A stretch of DNA of 64,000 bases from Verrucomicrobiaceae bacterium (GTDB lineage Bacteria; Verrucomicrobiota; Verrucomicrobiia; Verrucomicrobiales; Akkermansiaceae), in NCBI GenBank assembly GCA_051252135.1, contig JBPOGH010000008.1, positions 160,001 through 224,000 of the forward strand, written 5' to 3'. Of the stretch, positions 38,653 through 46,692 are shown in pieces. Position 1 is the stretch's first letter. Every line of letters begins with the position of its first letter. The notes below the pieces were generated by a model, which made no database searches, was not told where the DNA came from, and saw only the letters and a program-made list of their open reading frames with translations. The position numbers and the translations under genes are program-made.

Positions 38653-39618
38653 ATGTCGCGCCTGCTTGACCATTTTGACCGCGTGGCGGTGATTTCTCTT
38701 CCCGGGCGGGAGGAGAGGAGAGAGCGCTTGTGGGGGAATCTGAAGGAGACGGGGTTGGCGCGTGAGGGGGAGTTGACTTGGGTGGAGGCGGTGGATGGCC
38801 GGCTCGAGTTGCCACCGGAGTGGTGGCAGGCGGGGAAGGGGGCGTGGGGGTGTCGGGAGTCCCATCTCAAGGTGGTGCGGGAGGCGCAGCGGGATGGGCT
38901 GGAGAGTGTGCTTATCCTGGAGGATGATGTTGTTTTTCATCGGGAAAGCGGGAGGTTTTTAAGTACGATAGTTTCCTTACTTCCGGATGATTGGGATTTG
39001 TTTTATCTCGGGGGGCAGCATGGGGAGAAGCCGGTGCCGGGGGAGGATCCCCGGTTGGTGAAGGGAAGGAAGATCACGCGGACGCATGCTTATGCGGTGC
39101 ATGAGCGGGCTTACGAAAAATTTCTTCAGGAGCTTGGTAGTGAGAAGCACTATCGCGCCGAGCCGGAGTGGCATGTGGATCATTTGTTGGGGGATCTTCA
39201 GGAGAAGGGGGTTTTTGAGGCGTATGCGCCGGCGTGGTGGTTGGCGGGTCAGGAGGGGGGGCGGAGTGATATTTCGTGTGCGGACGATCATCGGCGGTGG
39301 TGGCAGTTTGGGAGTGATCACTGGAAGTTGCCCTTTGTGAACCCGGGTCCGGAGGTCGAGGGTTCGGTGCATCTTTATCGGAGCGAGGAACCGGTGCCGG
39401 AGCGGCGGATCGAGCTGGCGATCTGGCTGCGGAAGGCGGCGTGTGATGCGTGGCAGCGGGGGTGTCTCCCGGCGTGTTCGCTTTCCTCCGAAGTGATTTC
39501 CAAATTATGGCCAGCGGGTTGTCGATCAGTCGCTTGTGAGGAGGATCTTGCGGCGCTCGTGAACTATCCGATGAACGGTCTTTTTATTCACCCTTTCAAC
39601 CTAACAAAAAACCAATAA
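38653..39618 (+). CDS. Glycosyltransferase family 25
   Basis: VISL...ERR, EAVDG, GCRESH, LILEDD, LFYLG, THAYAV. Confidence 0.88.
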   Translation: MSRLLDHFDRVAVISLPGREERRERLWGNLKETGLAREGELTWVEAVDGRLELPPEWWQAGKGAWGCRESHLKVVREAQRDGLESVLILEDDVVFHRESGRFLSTIVSLLPDDWDLFYLGGQHGEKPVPGEDPRLVKGRKITRTHAYAVHERAYEKFLQELGSEKHYRAEPEWHVDHLLGDLQEKGVFEAYAPAWWLAGQEGGRSDISCADDHRRWWQFGSDHWKLPFVNPGPEVEGSVHLYRSEEPVPERRIELAIWLRKAACDAWQRGCLPACSLSSEVISKLWPAGCRSVACEEDLAALVNYPMNGLFIHPFNLTKNQ

Positions 39619-39627
39619 ACTAATATT

Positions 39628-39993
39628 ATGAGTCAGAATCTCTATTCCTTTGTGGGCGCAACAACGGCCCTTCATTTCTACCTGAATGCCTCTGATGCTG
39701 CTGATCAAGACGTGGCTTTGGCTGCGAGTGCGGACCTGGTGTCGGTGAGTGAACAAATCCTGGCGGCGGTGGCAGGCAATACGGACGAGGAGACTCTCAA
39801 GGGTCTGTTGGATGAACATGTGGTGACGGTGCTGGAGTCCGTGGAGGTGATCCGGAATACGTCGGCTTACCAGGGTCTTGATGCGACTTTGACCGATTTG
39901 CTGGATGGCTTTTACAATTTGGCAGATGCGTTGATGGGTGGGGGTGGATGCGATATTCATGCGGGGACGAGCTGCAGCTGTCTTACGGATTAA
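39628..39993 (+). CDS. Small acidic helical protein with Gly4 linker and Cys/His-rich tail
   Basis: 121-aa ORF that exactly fills the operon gap; ends GGGGCDIHAGTSCSCLTD. Confidence 0.8.
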   Translation: MSQNLYSFVGATTALHFYLNASDAADQDVALAASADLVSVSEQILAAVAGNTDEETLKGLLDEHVVTVLESVEVIRNTSAYQGLDATLTDLLDGFYNLADALMGGGGCDIHAGTSCSCLTD

Positions 39994-39996
39994 GTC

Positions 39997-40767
39997 ATGG
40001 ATTCCGATCGGGTAGCAGGACGTGTGGGGGCGACGAACGCGGCGTTTCCGACGAGTTGTTGGACGGCGGTGTTGTCGCTTCGGCAGAGTGGGGGCGAGAC
40101 GGTGCAGCAGGATGCGTTGAACGCGTTGTGCAACAACTACTGGTTCCCGCTTTATGCCTTTGCGCGGCACCGGGGGATGACGTGTCATGATTCCGAGGAT
40201 GCGGTGCAGAGCTTTTTCCTGGCGGTTGGTGATGCGGGGTATTTTGAGAAGGCCGAGAAGGATCGGGGGAAGCTCCGGACCTTTATTTTGACGGGGTTTA
40301 CGCGGCACTTGAAGGATTTGAAGGTGCGGGCGAATGCGTTGAAGAGAGGTGGGGGGGTGGCTCAAATGTCGATCGATACGGATCAGGCGGAGGAGTGGCT
40401 TCTTTTGGATCCGAAGAGTGTTGATGAGTCGGCGACCCATCAGTTCGAGCGGCATTGGGCGTGCAATATTATCCGGAAGGTGACGGAGGGGCTTCGGGAG
40501 CAGGCTTCGAAAAGTCCGGAGTCGGTGCAGCGCTTTGAGGTGCTGAGTCGATTTTTGAATCCGGAAACCTGTTATGATTATACGGGTCGTCAGGCGGCCG
40601 AGGATTTGGGGATGAGCGAGGCGGCGTGTGAGAAGGCGATTCAGCGCTTGCGGAATTCCTTTCGGGTGGCGGTGCGTGAGCAGGTGGCGGCGACCTTGGA
40701 TAATCCGACGGAGGAGGCGATCATGGAGGAGATGCTGCAGCTGCAGAAGGCTCTCATTTCGCGGTAA
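39997..40767 (+). CDS. ECF sigma factor of the kinase-associated PVC type
   Basis: FPT-x-W-x-x-V...ALNALC..YWFPLYAF..R, EDAVQSFF, GKLRTF; region-4 HTH. Confidence 0.88.
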   Translation: MDSDRVAGRVGATNAAFPTSCWTAVLSLRQSGGETVQQDALNALCNNYWFPLYAFARHRGMTCHDSEDAVQSFFLAVGDAGYFEKAEKDRGKLRTFILTGFTRHLKDLKVRANALKRGGGVAQMSIDTDQAEEWLLLDPKSVDESATHQFERHWACNIIRKVTEGLREQASKSPESVQRFEVLSRFLNPETCYDYTGRQAAEDLGMSEAACEKAIQRLRNSFRVAVREQVAATLDNPTEEAIMEEMLQLQKALISR

Positions 40768-40773
40768 AGTAAA

Positions 40774-40827
40774 ACACCACGGAGCTGCTTGTTTGATCAA
40801 GCGACCCCGTGGTGTGAGATTTTTTTT
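40774..40827 (+). terminator. Probable terminator of the kinase-ECF operon
   Basis: ACACCACGG..GCTTG-loop-CAAGC..CCGTGGTGT followed by a T run. Confidence 0.65.
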
Positions 40828-40840
40828 AGGGGGAGAGGGT

Positions 40841-41977
40841 TTAGTCGTCGTCTTCTCCGGTGGTGACGAGGCGGTAGTATCCGCTCTTTGGGGCGGGTTG
40901 GGGGTCGACCCAGACTTTACGGGTGCCGTCACCCTCGAACTCTTCTTTGGTGTTCCACTGTTCGGTGAGGGTGGTGGATTGTTCGATGGTGTAGGTTTTT
41001 CCGACTTCGGCGATGAAGGAGATGGAGACCTCGGTTCCGGTGACACTAACGACGGCTTCCTTGGGGCCGGTTGGTGGTGGGAGGGGTGGGTCCTGGACCT
41101 GCCAGCCGATATCGGCGAGGCCGGCGAGGTCGAGCTCGGAGAGTCCGCGGAAGGCTTTGGCGTTTGTTACCGGTGAGAAGCGGTTCATGACGGGGATTGT
41201 TTCGACGCCTCCGGGGATGCCGAACATGGCGAGGGAGGGGCTGCGGACGTCATCGGCCCAGTGGAATTCCTCGATCATGGGGACGGCGGCGCCGTAGGCT
41301 TCCATGGAGTGGGGGCCGTTGAAGAGGAGGCCGACCTTGTCGACGTATCGGTTCCAGGTGGAGGCGGTGCCGACGCCGAGGGCGTGGGCGAGTTCATGGA
41401 GGGCGACGGGGATGAACTCGAGGGCCATGGTGTCGTCCGGTCCGGTGGTGGAGAAGTTCCATTCTCTGCCGGTATCGAAGGTGACGGTGCCGCCCCAGGG
41501 GGTGTAGTCGGTGGGTGATTCGACGAAGCGGTCGGCTCCTTCCTGTCCGCGTCCGGTGACGAGGGTCCAGGTTTCGAGGAGAGTGGCCTGGCTGGCTTCG
41601 ACGTTGTAGGCTTGTCCCGGGGTGCCGTATCCGCTGAGGCCGCCGAGGGCAGTGCCACCGGCATAGAGGACGTAGGTGTCTTCGGGGATGACGAGGTTTT
41701 CGACGATGTCGAATCCGCGGGTGACGGGGTTCATGCGGAAGGCGAACCATTTGTCCCCGGTGGGCCAGGTGGTGGGATCGATGGCGGCGAGGTCATCGGT
41801 GATGATGGACTCGTAGAAGTCACAGACGGCGCGGAGGGCGGCGCGGGATTCGGGTGAGTCGAAGAAGCCGTTTTGATCGAGGGAGTAGTCGATCTCGATC
41901 TCGAAGGCGGAGGAACTTCCGGCGGCAATGGTGGTAGCGGCAAGGATGGGGAGCCAGGTTGGGCGGTGCGTTTTCAT
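40841..41977 (-). CDS. Secreted zincin (matrixin-like) metalloprotease
   Basis: HELAHALG, downstream HW, VM Met-turn, DIGW; signal peptide. Confidence 0.85.
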   Translation of the reverse strand: MKTHRPTWLPILAATTIAAGSSSAFEIEIDYSLDQNGFFDSPESRAALRAVCDFYESIITDDLAAIDPTTWPTGDKWFAFRMNPVTRGFDIVENLVIPEDTYVLYAGGTALGGLSGYGTPGQAYNVEASQATLLETWTLVTGRGQEGADRFVESPTDYTPWGGTVTFDTGREWNFSTTGPDDTMALEFIPVALHELAHALGVGTASTWNRYVDKVGLLFNGPHSMEAYGAAVPMIEEFHWADDVRSPSLAMFGIPGGVETIPVMNRFSPVTNAKAFRGLSELDLAGLADIGWQVQDPPLPPPTGPKEAVVSVTGTEVSISFIAEVGKTYTIEQSTTLTEQWNTKEEFEGDGTRKVWVDPQPAPKSGYYRLVTTGEDDD

Positions 41978-42204
41978 AGTCGTGTTACATATGGAATATT
42001 TGGTGGAGCACTGTTGGCTCCACGCTGTCCCTCTTCTTTTGGGAAGGCACCGGATAGGCGGACACCAATTCTCCTATTTTTCCGGTTTTCGCTCAATCTG
42101 GAAGTGCAAGTGGTTGAAATTGATTCCGTTAGATCGCGCTTTTAATTCACCTTTCCGTTGTTTGTATCGGATCGGGGAAGGCTGAAAGGTGTGGGAACGG
42201 AGAC

Positions 42205-42238
42205 AAAAAAGACCCGCGACCCGGGATGGGTGCGGGTC
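42205..42238 (-). terminator. Intrinsic terminator
   Basis: GACCCGC...GCGGGTC stem with an A6 run on + (T6 on minus). Confidence 0.75.
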
Positions 42239-42258
42239 GGGGGGATGGGGAGGTGGTG

Positions 42259-43071
42259 TTAATGGCGGCTTCTTTTGAGGAGGAGGAGGCAGGCGAAGGT
42301 GCCGGTGAGGAGGGCGGATGAGGGTTCGGGGACGCCGGAGATGGAGGCTCCCTGAAGGGATCCGAGGCCTTCTCCGGAGCAGTTTTGGAAGTCGTGGGAC
42401 TGGGTGTGGAGGTTGATGGTGCCTTCCTGGGCGAACTGGGTGGGAAGGAGGTTGGGAATTCCTGTGGGGTTGAGGGCGACATCGCCGGCGGGGTTGGTCT
42501 CGGTGGCGGGATTGTTGAAGATGCCGGAGGGGAAGAGCTCGAGGGTGGTTCCGTTGATATTGGTGACGGTGATGGAGGTGGTGAAGATGGTGGCGTAGGG
42601 GTTGGCACCGCCGGGGGTGGAGAGGAAGGAGAAGAGCTCGAGGTCACCATCGAGGTTGTTGCCGGGGTCCCGGTATCCTGCGCCCCCGACATTTTGGGTG
42701 TAGCCGGTGAGGGGGGCGAGTCCGGCGCTGGTGAGGGGGTCTCCGGGGTTTAAGGGGCCGGGAATGCCGGCGATGGAGCGGGCGGATCCTTCGTTGGTGA
42801 AGCCGGCGATATCACCGGCTTGGATCAGGGAATCGAAGGCGACGGTCATGGTGCCGCGGGTGGAGATGTCTCCGCCGATGCCGTTCATGCAGGGGTTGGT
42901 GGCGGTCATGCCGGTGACGACGAGGGCGATTTGGATGACCTGTCCCTCGGTGGCATCGGTGATGGAATTTTGGATGCCGGGTTGGGTGAGGTCGAGATCG
43001 ATGAGGACGGCGGCCTGGCTGGAGAGGGGGGCGAGGAGGCAGACCAGTGGGAATAGGTTGTGGGTATTCAT
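42259..43071 (-). CDS. PEP-CTERM sorting domain protein
   Basis: Signal peptide; VPEPSS, TM segment, KRSRH. Confidence 0.9.
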   Translation of the reverse strand: MNTHNLFPLVCLLAPLSSQAAVLIDLDLTQPGIQNSITDATEGQVIQIALVVTGMTATNPCMNGIGGDISTRGTMTVAFDSLIQAGDIAGFTNEGSARSIAGIPGPLNPGDPLTSAGLAPLTGYTQNVGGAGYRDPGNNLDGDLELFSFLSTPGGANPYATIFTTSITVTNINGTTLELFPSGIFNNPATETNPAGDVALNPTGIPNLLPTQFAQEGTINLHTQSHDFQNCSGEGLGSLQGASISGVPEPSSALLTGTFACLLLLKRSRH

Positions 43072-43224
43072 TGTTTTAATTGGTGTTGTTTCAAGCGGGT
43101 TGCTTGCTGCCTTTGTGTTGGGAAGGGAGTGGGTGGGCGGACGCGGAAAGGGGGATTTTTTTTGGGAGAGGCGGGGGAGTCCTCTTCTTGCATGTGGGTG
43201 GGAAGCGGGTATGAGTATGACTTC

Positions 43225-44436
43225 ATGAAAGCACTTTTGACCTTTTGCCTGTTGTTGCCTGCGGTTTCCCTTGGGGATGATTGGGGGTATTTTTTGGGAC
43301 CGGAGGGGAACGGGAAATCGGGTGAGGAAGTGCGGACGGATTGGGGATCGACGGCTCCGCCGGTGTTGTGGAGTGCGGAGGTGGGAAAAGGGTGTTCGTC
43401 GATAGTGGTGAAGGATGGGTTGGCGATCACCCTGGGGAATGAGAAGGACACCGATACGGTGTGGTGTTTTGATGCGACGACGGGTGAGGTGAAGTGGAAG
43501 GATTCGTATGAGGAGGATTTGGAGCCGAAGTTTTACACGGGTGGACCGGGGGCGACTCCGACGATTGAGGGGGAGTTGGTTTATGTGCTATCGAAGAGCG
43601 GGCGGTTGGCGTGTTACGATTTGAAGAGCGGGGAGATTCGGTGGAGGAAGAGTTACAAGGATGACTTTGACGGGAAGATGCCGACGTGGGGGTATTCGGC
43701 TTCGCCGACGGTTTACGGTGATCTTTTGCTGTGTCTCCCTTGTGGAAAGAAGGGGACGCTGGTGGCGCTGGACAAGACCACGGGCGAGGTGAAGTGGAAG
43801 ACGACGGACAAGGCGCGGGCGGGTTATGCGGCGCCGGTGATTGCGGATCACAAGGGGAAGAAGACGGCTTTTGTTTTCCAGGGACGGAATCTGGTGGCGT
43901 ATGATTTGGAGGACGAGGGTGAGGTGCTTTTCACCTACGGGTGGCGCACGCCTTATGATGTGAATGCTTCCAATCCGGTGTATCAGGACGGGTTGCTTTA
44001 TCTCTCATCGGGATACGGAATGGGGTACGCGGTGCTGGATGTGACGGGTCGGGAGCCGAAGCTGGAGCATCGGGATCGTGAGCTGCGGATGATTTTTCAG
44101 AATGCGATTCCGAAGGGTGGGGATTTGGTGGGGGTGTTTGGGGACAAGGGGAAGGCGGCGGAGGCGTTCCGGATGGAGATGAAGACGGGGAAGTTTAAGT
44201 GGCGGGCGAAGATTCCGGGATCGCGCGGGTCGACGATTATGCTGGGTGATCAGCTGATTGTTTTATCGGAGACGGGGGAGTTGGTTTTTGGGACGGATAC
44301 GGGGACGAAATTCAAGGAGACGGGGAAGCATGAGATCTTGCCGAAGCTTTGCTGGGCTCCCCCGGCCTTGGCGGAGGGGAGGCTTTATGCGCGCTCGAAC
44401 GGGGGGAAGTTGGTGTGTGTGGATTTGCGCAAGTAG
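43225..44436 (+). CDS. Exported PQQ-binding-like (BamB-like) beta-propeller protein
   Basis: Repeated D-x-x-TGEV-x-W blades; DW...GP.GNG N-terminus. Confidence 0.88.
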   Translation: MKALLTFCLLLPAVSLGDDWGYFLGPEGNGKSGEEVRTDWGSTAPPVLWSAEVGKGCSSIVVKDGLAITLGNEKDTDTVWCFDATTGEVKWKDSYEEDLEPKFYTGGPGATPTIEGELVYVLSKSGRLACYDLKSGEIRWRKSYKDDFDGKMPTWGYSASPTVYGDLLLCLPCGKKGTLVALDKTTGEVKWKTTDKARAGYAAPVIADHKGKKTAFVFQGRNLVAYDLEDEGEVLFTYGWRTPYDVNASNPVYQDGLLYLSSGYGMGYAVLDVTGREPKLEHRDRELRMIFQNAIPKGGDLVGVFGDKGKAAEAFRMEMKTGKFKWRAKIPGSRGSTIMLGDQLIVLSETGELVFGTDTGTKFKETGKHEILPKLCWAPPALAEGRLYARSNGGKLVCVDLRK

Positions 44437-44527
44437 GGGCTGGATGCAGGAAGAGTCCGCTTCCGACAGGGTTGTCAGAAGCGAACTCTCTTTTTGGATC
44501 AGGGTGATCCCGGGGTGCGGGGGGTAG

Positions 44528-44557
44528 GTTAGTCGAGGGAGAGTTAGTCGAGGGAGA
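44528..44557. repeat. 15-bp exact tandem duplication
   Basis: GTTAGTCGAGGGAGA x2, covering the usp stop codon. Confidence 0.9.
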
Positions 44558-45455
44558 AGCGGAAGTCGGCGGGTTTCACGGTGAGGGCGGAGCAGGGGGT
44601 GCTGTTGATGAGTCCTTCGGCGGTGGTGCCGAGGAGGAGTTTTTTGAATCCGGTGCGGCCGCGGGTGCCGAGGACGACGAGATCGGCTTCCATTTCCTTG
44701 AGTTTTTTAAAGATGCCGCGGTGGATGCTGTGTGAGGAGACGACGTCGGTGGTGAGGTTTTGAAGGTCGTATTCCTTGCCGATGTCGTATCCGAGTTTAG
44801 CGAGGCGTTCCTTGAGGTCTTTTTTGATGTCATCTTCGGGGATGATGGGGAAGGCGGGTCCGAGCCAGCCCATGTCGGCCTCGGCATAGACGGGGGGGCG
44901 GAAGACGTGGATGAGGGTGAGTCGGGCGTTGTCCTGACGGGCGAGCTCGGCGGCGCGATGGACGGCGCGGTTTGAGGTGTCCGAGAAGTCGGCGCAGGCG
45001 ACGATTTGCTGGAAGGGTTGGTCCTGGTAGTTGCGGACGAGGAGGACTTCGACGGGGGCTTTGCGGATGCATCGTGAGGCGAGGGCGCCGACGTGATGGG
45101 GTTCATCGGTGGAGAATCCGCGTGAGCCGAGGACGAGGGTTTCGGGGTTGTGCTCTTTGATGAGTTTAAGGGTTTCCTGGAAGGGGTGACCGATGGTGAC
45201 GGCGGAACGGATGTCGTGGGCGGTGCCGATGACGTCCCTGATGAATGAGTCCATTTTTTCGCGGGCGAAGTTGAGGACACCTTCTTCGGTGTAGGCTTCC
45301 ATTTTGCGGAAGTCCTCGAGGATATCGCGATCGAGGACGTGGTAGCAGACTAGGGAGAGGTCTTGGGAATTGGCCATGCGGGAGGCTTCCCGGAGGGCGT
45401 TGCGGCTGTGGGGGGAGTAGTCGACTCCGACGAGGATGGATTTTTTAGCACTCAT
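44544..45455 (-). CDS. Universal stress protein, two Usp domains
   Basis: ILVGVDYS, LVLGSRG, DLVVLGTRG...LLGTTAE. Confidence 0.92.
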   Translation of the reverse strand: MSAKKSILVGVDYSPHSRNALREASRMANSQDLSLVCYHVLDRDILEDFRKMEAYTEEGVLNFAREKMDSFIRDVIGTAHDIRSAVTIGHPFQETLKLIKEHNPETLVLGSRGFSTDEPHHVGALASRCIRKAPVEVLLVRNYQDQPFQQIVACADFSDTSNRAVHRAAELARQDNARLTLIHVFRPPVYAEADMGWLGPAFPIIPEDDIKKDLKERLAKLGYDIGKEYDLQNLTTDVVSSHSIHRGIFKKLKEMEADLVVLGTRGRTGFKKLLLGTTAEGLINSTPCSALTVKPADFRFSLD

Positions 45456-45481
45456 GTTTTTGGTATTTTTAGGGGTTTGGA

Positions 45482-46375
45482 TCAGTTGTTGATGGGGATG
45501 ATGAGGATGGGGCAGGTGGCCTGGCGGATGATGGCTTCGGCGGTGCCGCCGAGGAGGCTGGAGACGATTCCCTTGAGGCCTTTTCCGGATCGGCCGAGGA
45601 CGATGAGTCCGCAGGAGGAGGAGGCGAGGTGTTCGAGGAGGGCTTCGGTGGGGTCTTGGTGTTCGATGCAGGCGGCATCGACCTGGCCGGGGAAGGTGGA
45701 TTCGGCGGTGCGGGAAATGGCGGTGAGTTGGCCTTCGAGGATTTCGCGGAATTGTTCCTTTTGTCCCTGGTCTTCAAAGACGGTGGTTTGGTAGCGGAGT
45801 CGCTCGGGACGGAGCCAGGGTGGGCGGTTGGTGTGGATGAGGTGGAGGTGATGATTGGGGGTGGCGATGCGGGCGGCGTGCTCGAGGATGGGGGTGGTGG
45901 ATTTTGAGAAGTCGATGCAGGCGGCGATGAGGGTGTCGGAGGGCGCGGGGGGGCGGTTGACGAGGAGGACGGGCATGGTGGCGAAGCGGAGGCATTTGAT
46001 GGCGAATTGACCGGCTTTGCGGGAATCGTCGGCGTAGTCATCATCACCGAGCACGAGGAGGTCGAATTTTCCTTCGATGGCGAGGGAGGCGATCTCGTGG
46101 TGGGGGATGCCTTCGGCGATCTTGCAAGAAACCTGATGTTCGTCTCCGAGGACTTCTTCGACGAAGTCGGCGAGGCTGGAGCGGGCGGCGGTCATCATCA
46201 TTTCCTGTTCGATGAGGTAGAAGGTGACGAACTCGTTGAGTTCGGCCATGGGGACAACGTGGCAGGCGGTGAGGCTGGCACCGGAGCGAATGGCGATCTG
46301 GTTGGCCATGCGGAGGGCATGGCGCGAGGCATCGGTGTAGTTGATCCCGACGAGGATGTTTTGATATGATTTCAT
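45482..46375 (-). CDS. Universal stress protein, two Usp domains
   Basis: MKSYQNILVGINY, DLLVLG, LIVLGRSG...LLGGTAE. Confidence 0.9.
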   Translation of the reverse strand: MKSYQNILVGINYTDASRHALRMANQIAIRSGASLTACHVVPMAELNEFVTFYLIEQEMMMTAARSSLADFVEEVLGDEHQVSCKIAEGIPHHEIASLAIEGKFDLLVLGDDDYADDSRKAGQFAIKCLRFATMPVLLVNRPPAPSDTLIAACIDFSKSTTPILEHAARIATPNHHLHLIHTNRPPWLRPERLRYQTTVFEDQGQKEQFREILEGQLTAISRTAESTFPGQVDAACIEHQDPTEALLEHLASSSCGLIVLGRSGKGLKGIVSSLLGGTAEAIIRQATCPILIIPINN

Positions 46376-46621
46376 GGTGCCGATTTGAGGGTTTTTGGTG
46401 GTGGTGAGGGGACTCCCACACTGGGAAGATGGCATGGATTTGGGGAATATTCTCCGCGTAGGTTCTTGTTTTCGTAGCATGGGTTGAGGGGGACTTGGGG
46501 GGGAGGGGAAGGGGTTGCGCTGGATCTCACGACCGATATGACCTCCCTGCTGGCTTTGGCCGGTTTGGCGATTGGAATGCGCCGCCGACGTTCCTTGTGG
46601 ACCTCGGGTTCAAAATGTCCT

Positions 46622-46663
46622 AAAGCATCCGTTAGCCGTTTTGAGCCAACGGATGCTTTTTTT
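46622..46663 (+). terminator. Intrinsic terminator
   Basis: AAAGCATCCGTT...AACGGATGCTTTTTTT. Confidence 0.8.
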
Positions 46664-46692
46664 GTCAATCCACCTTAGAAATTTCCCAATTT

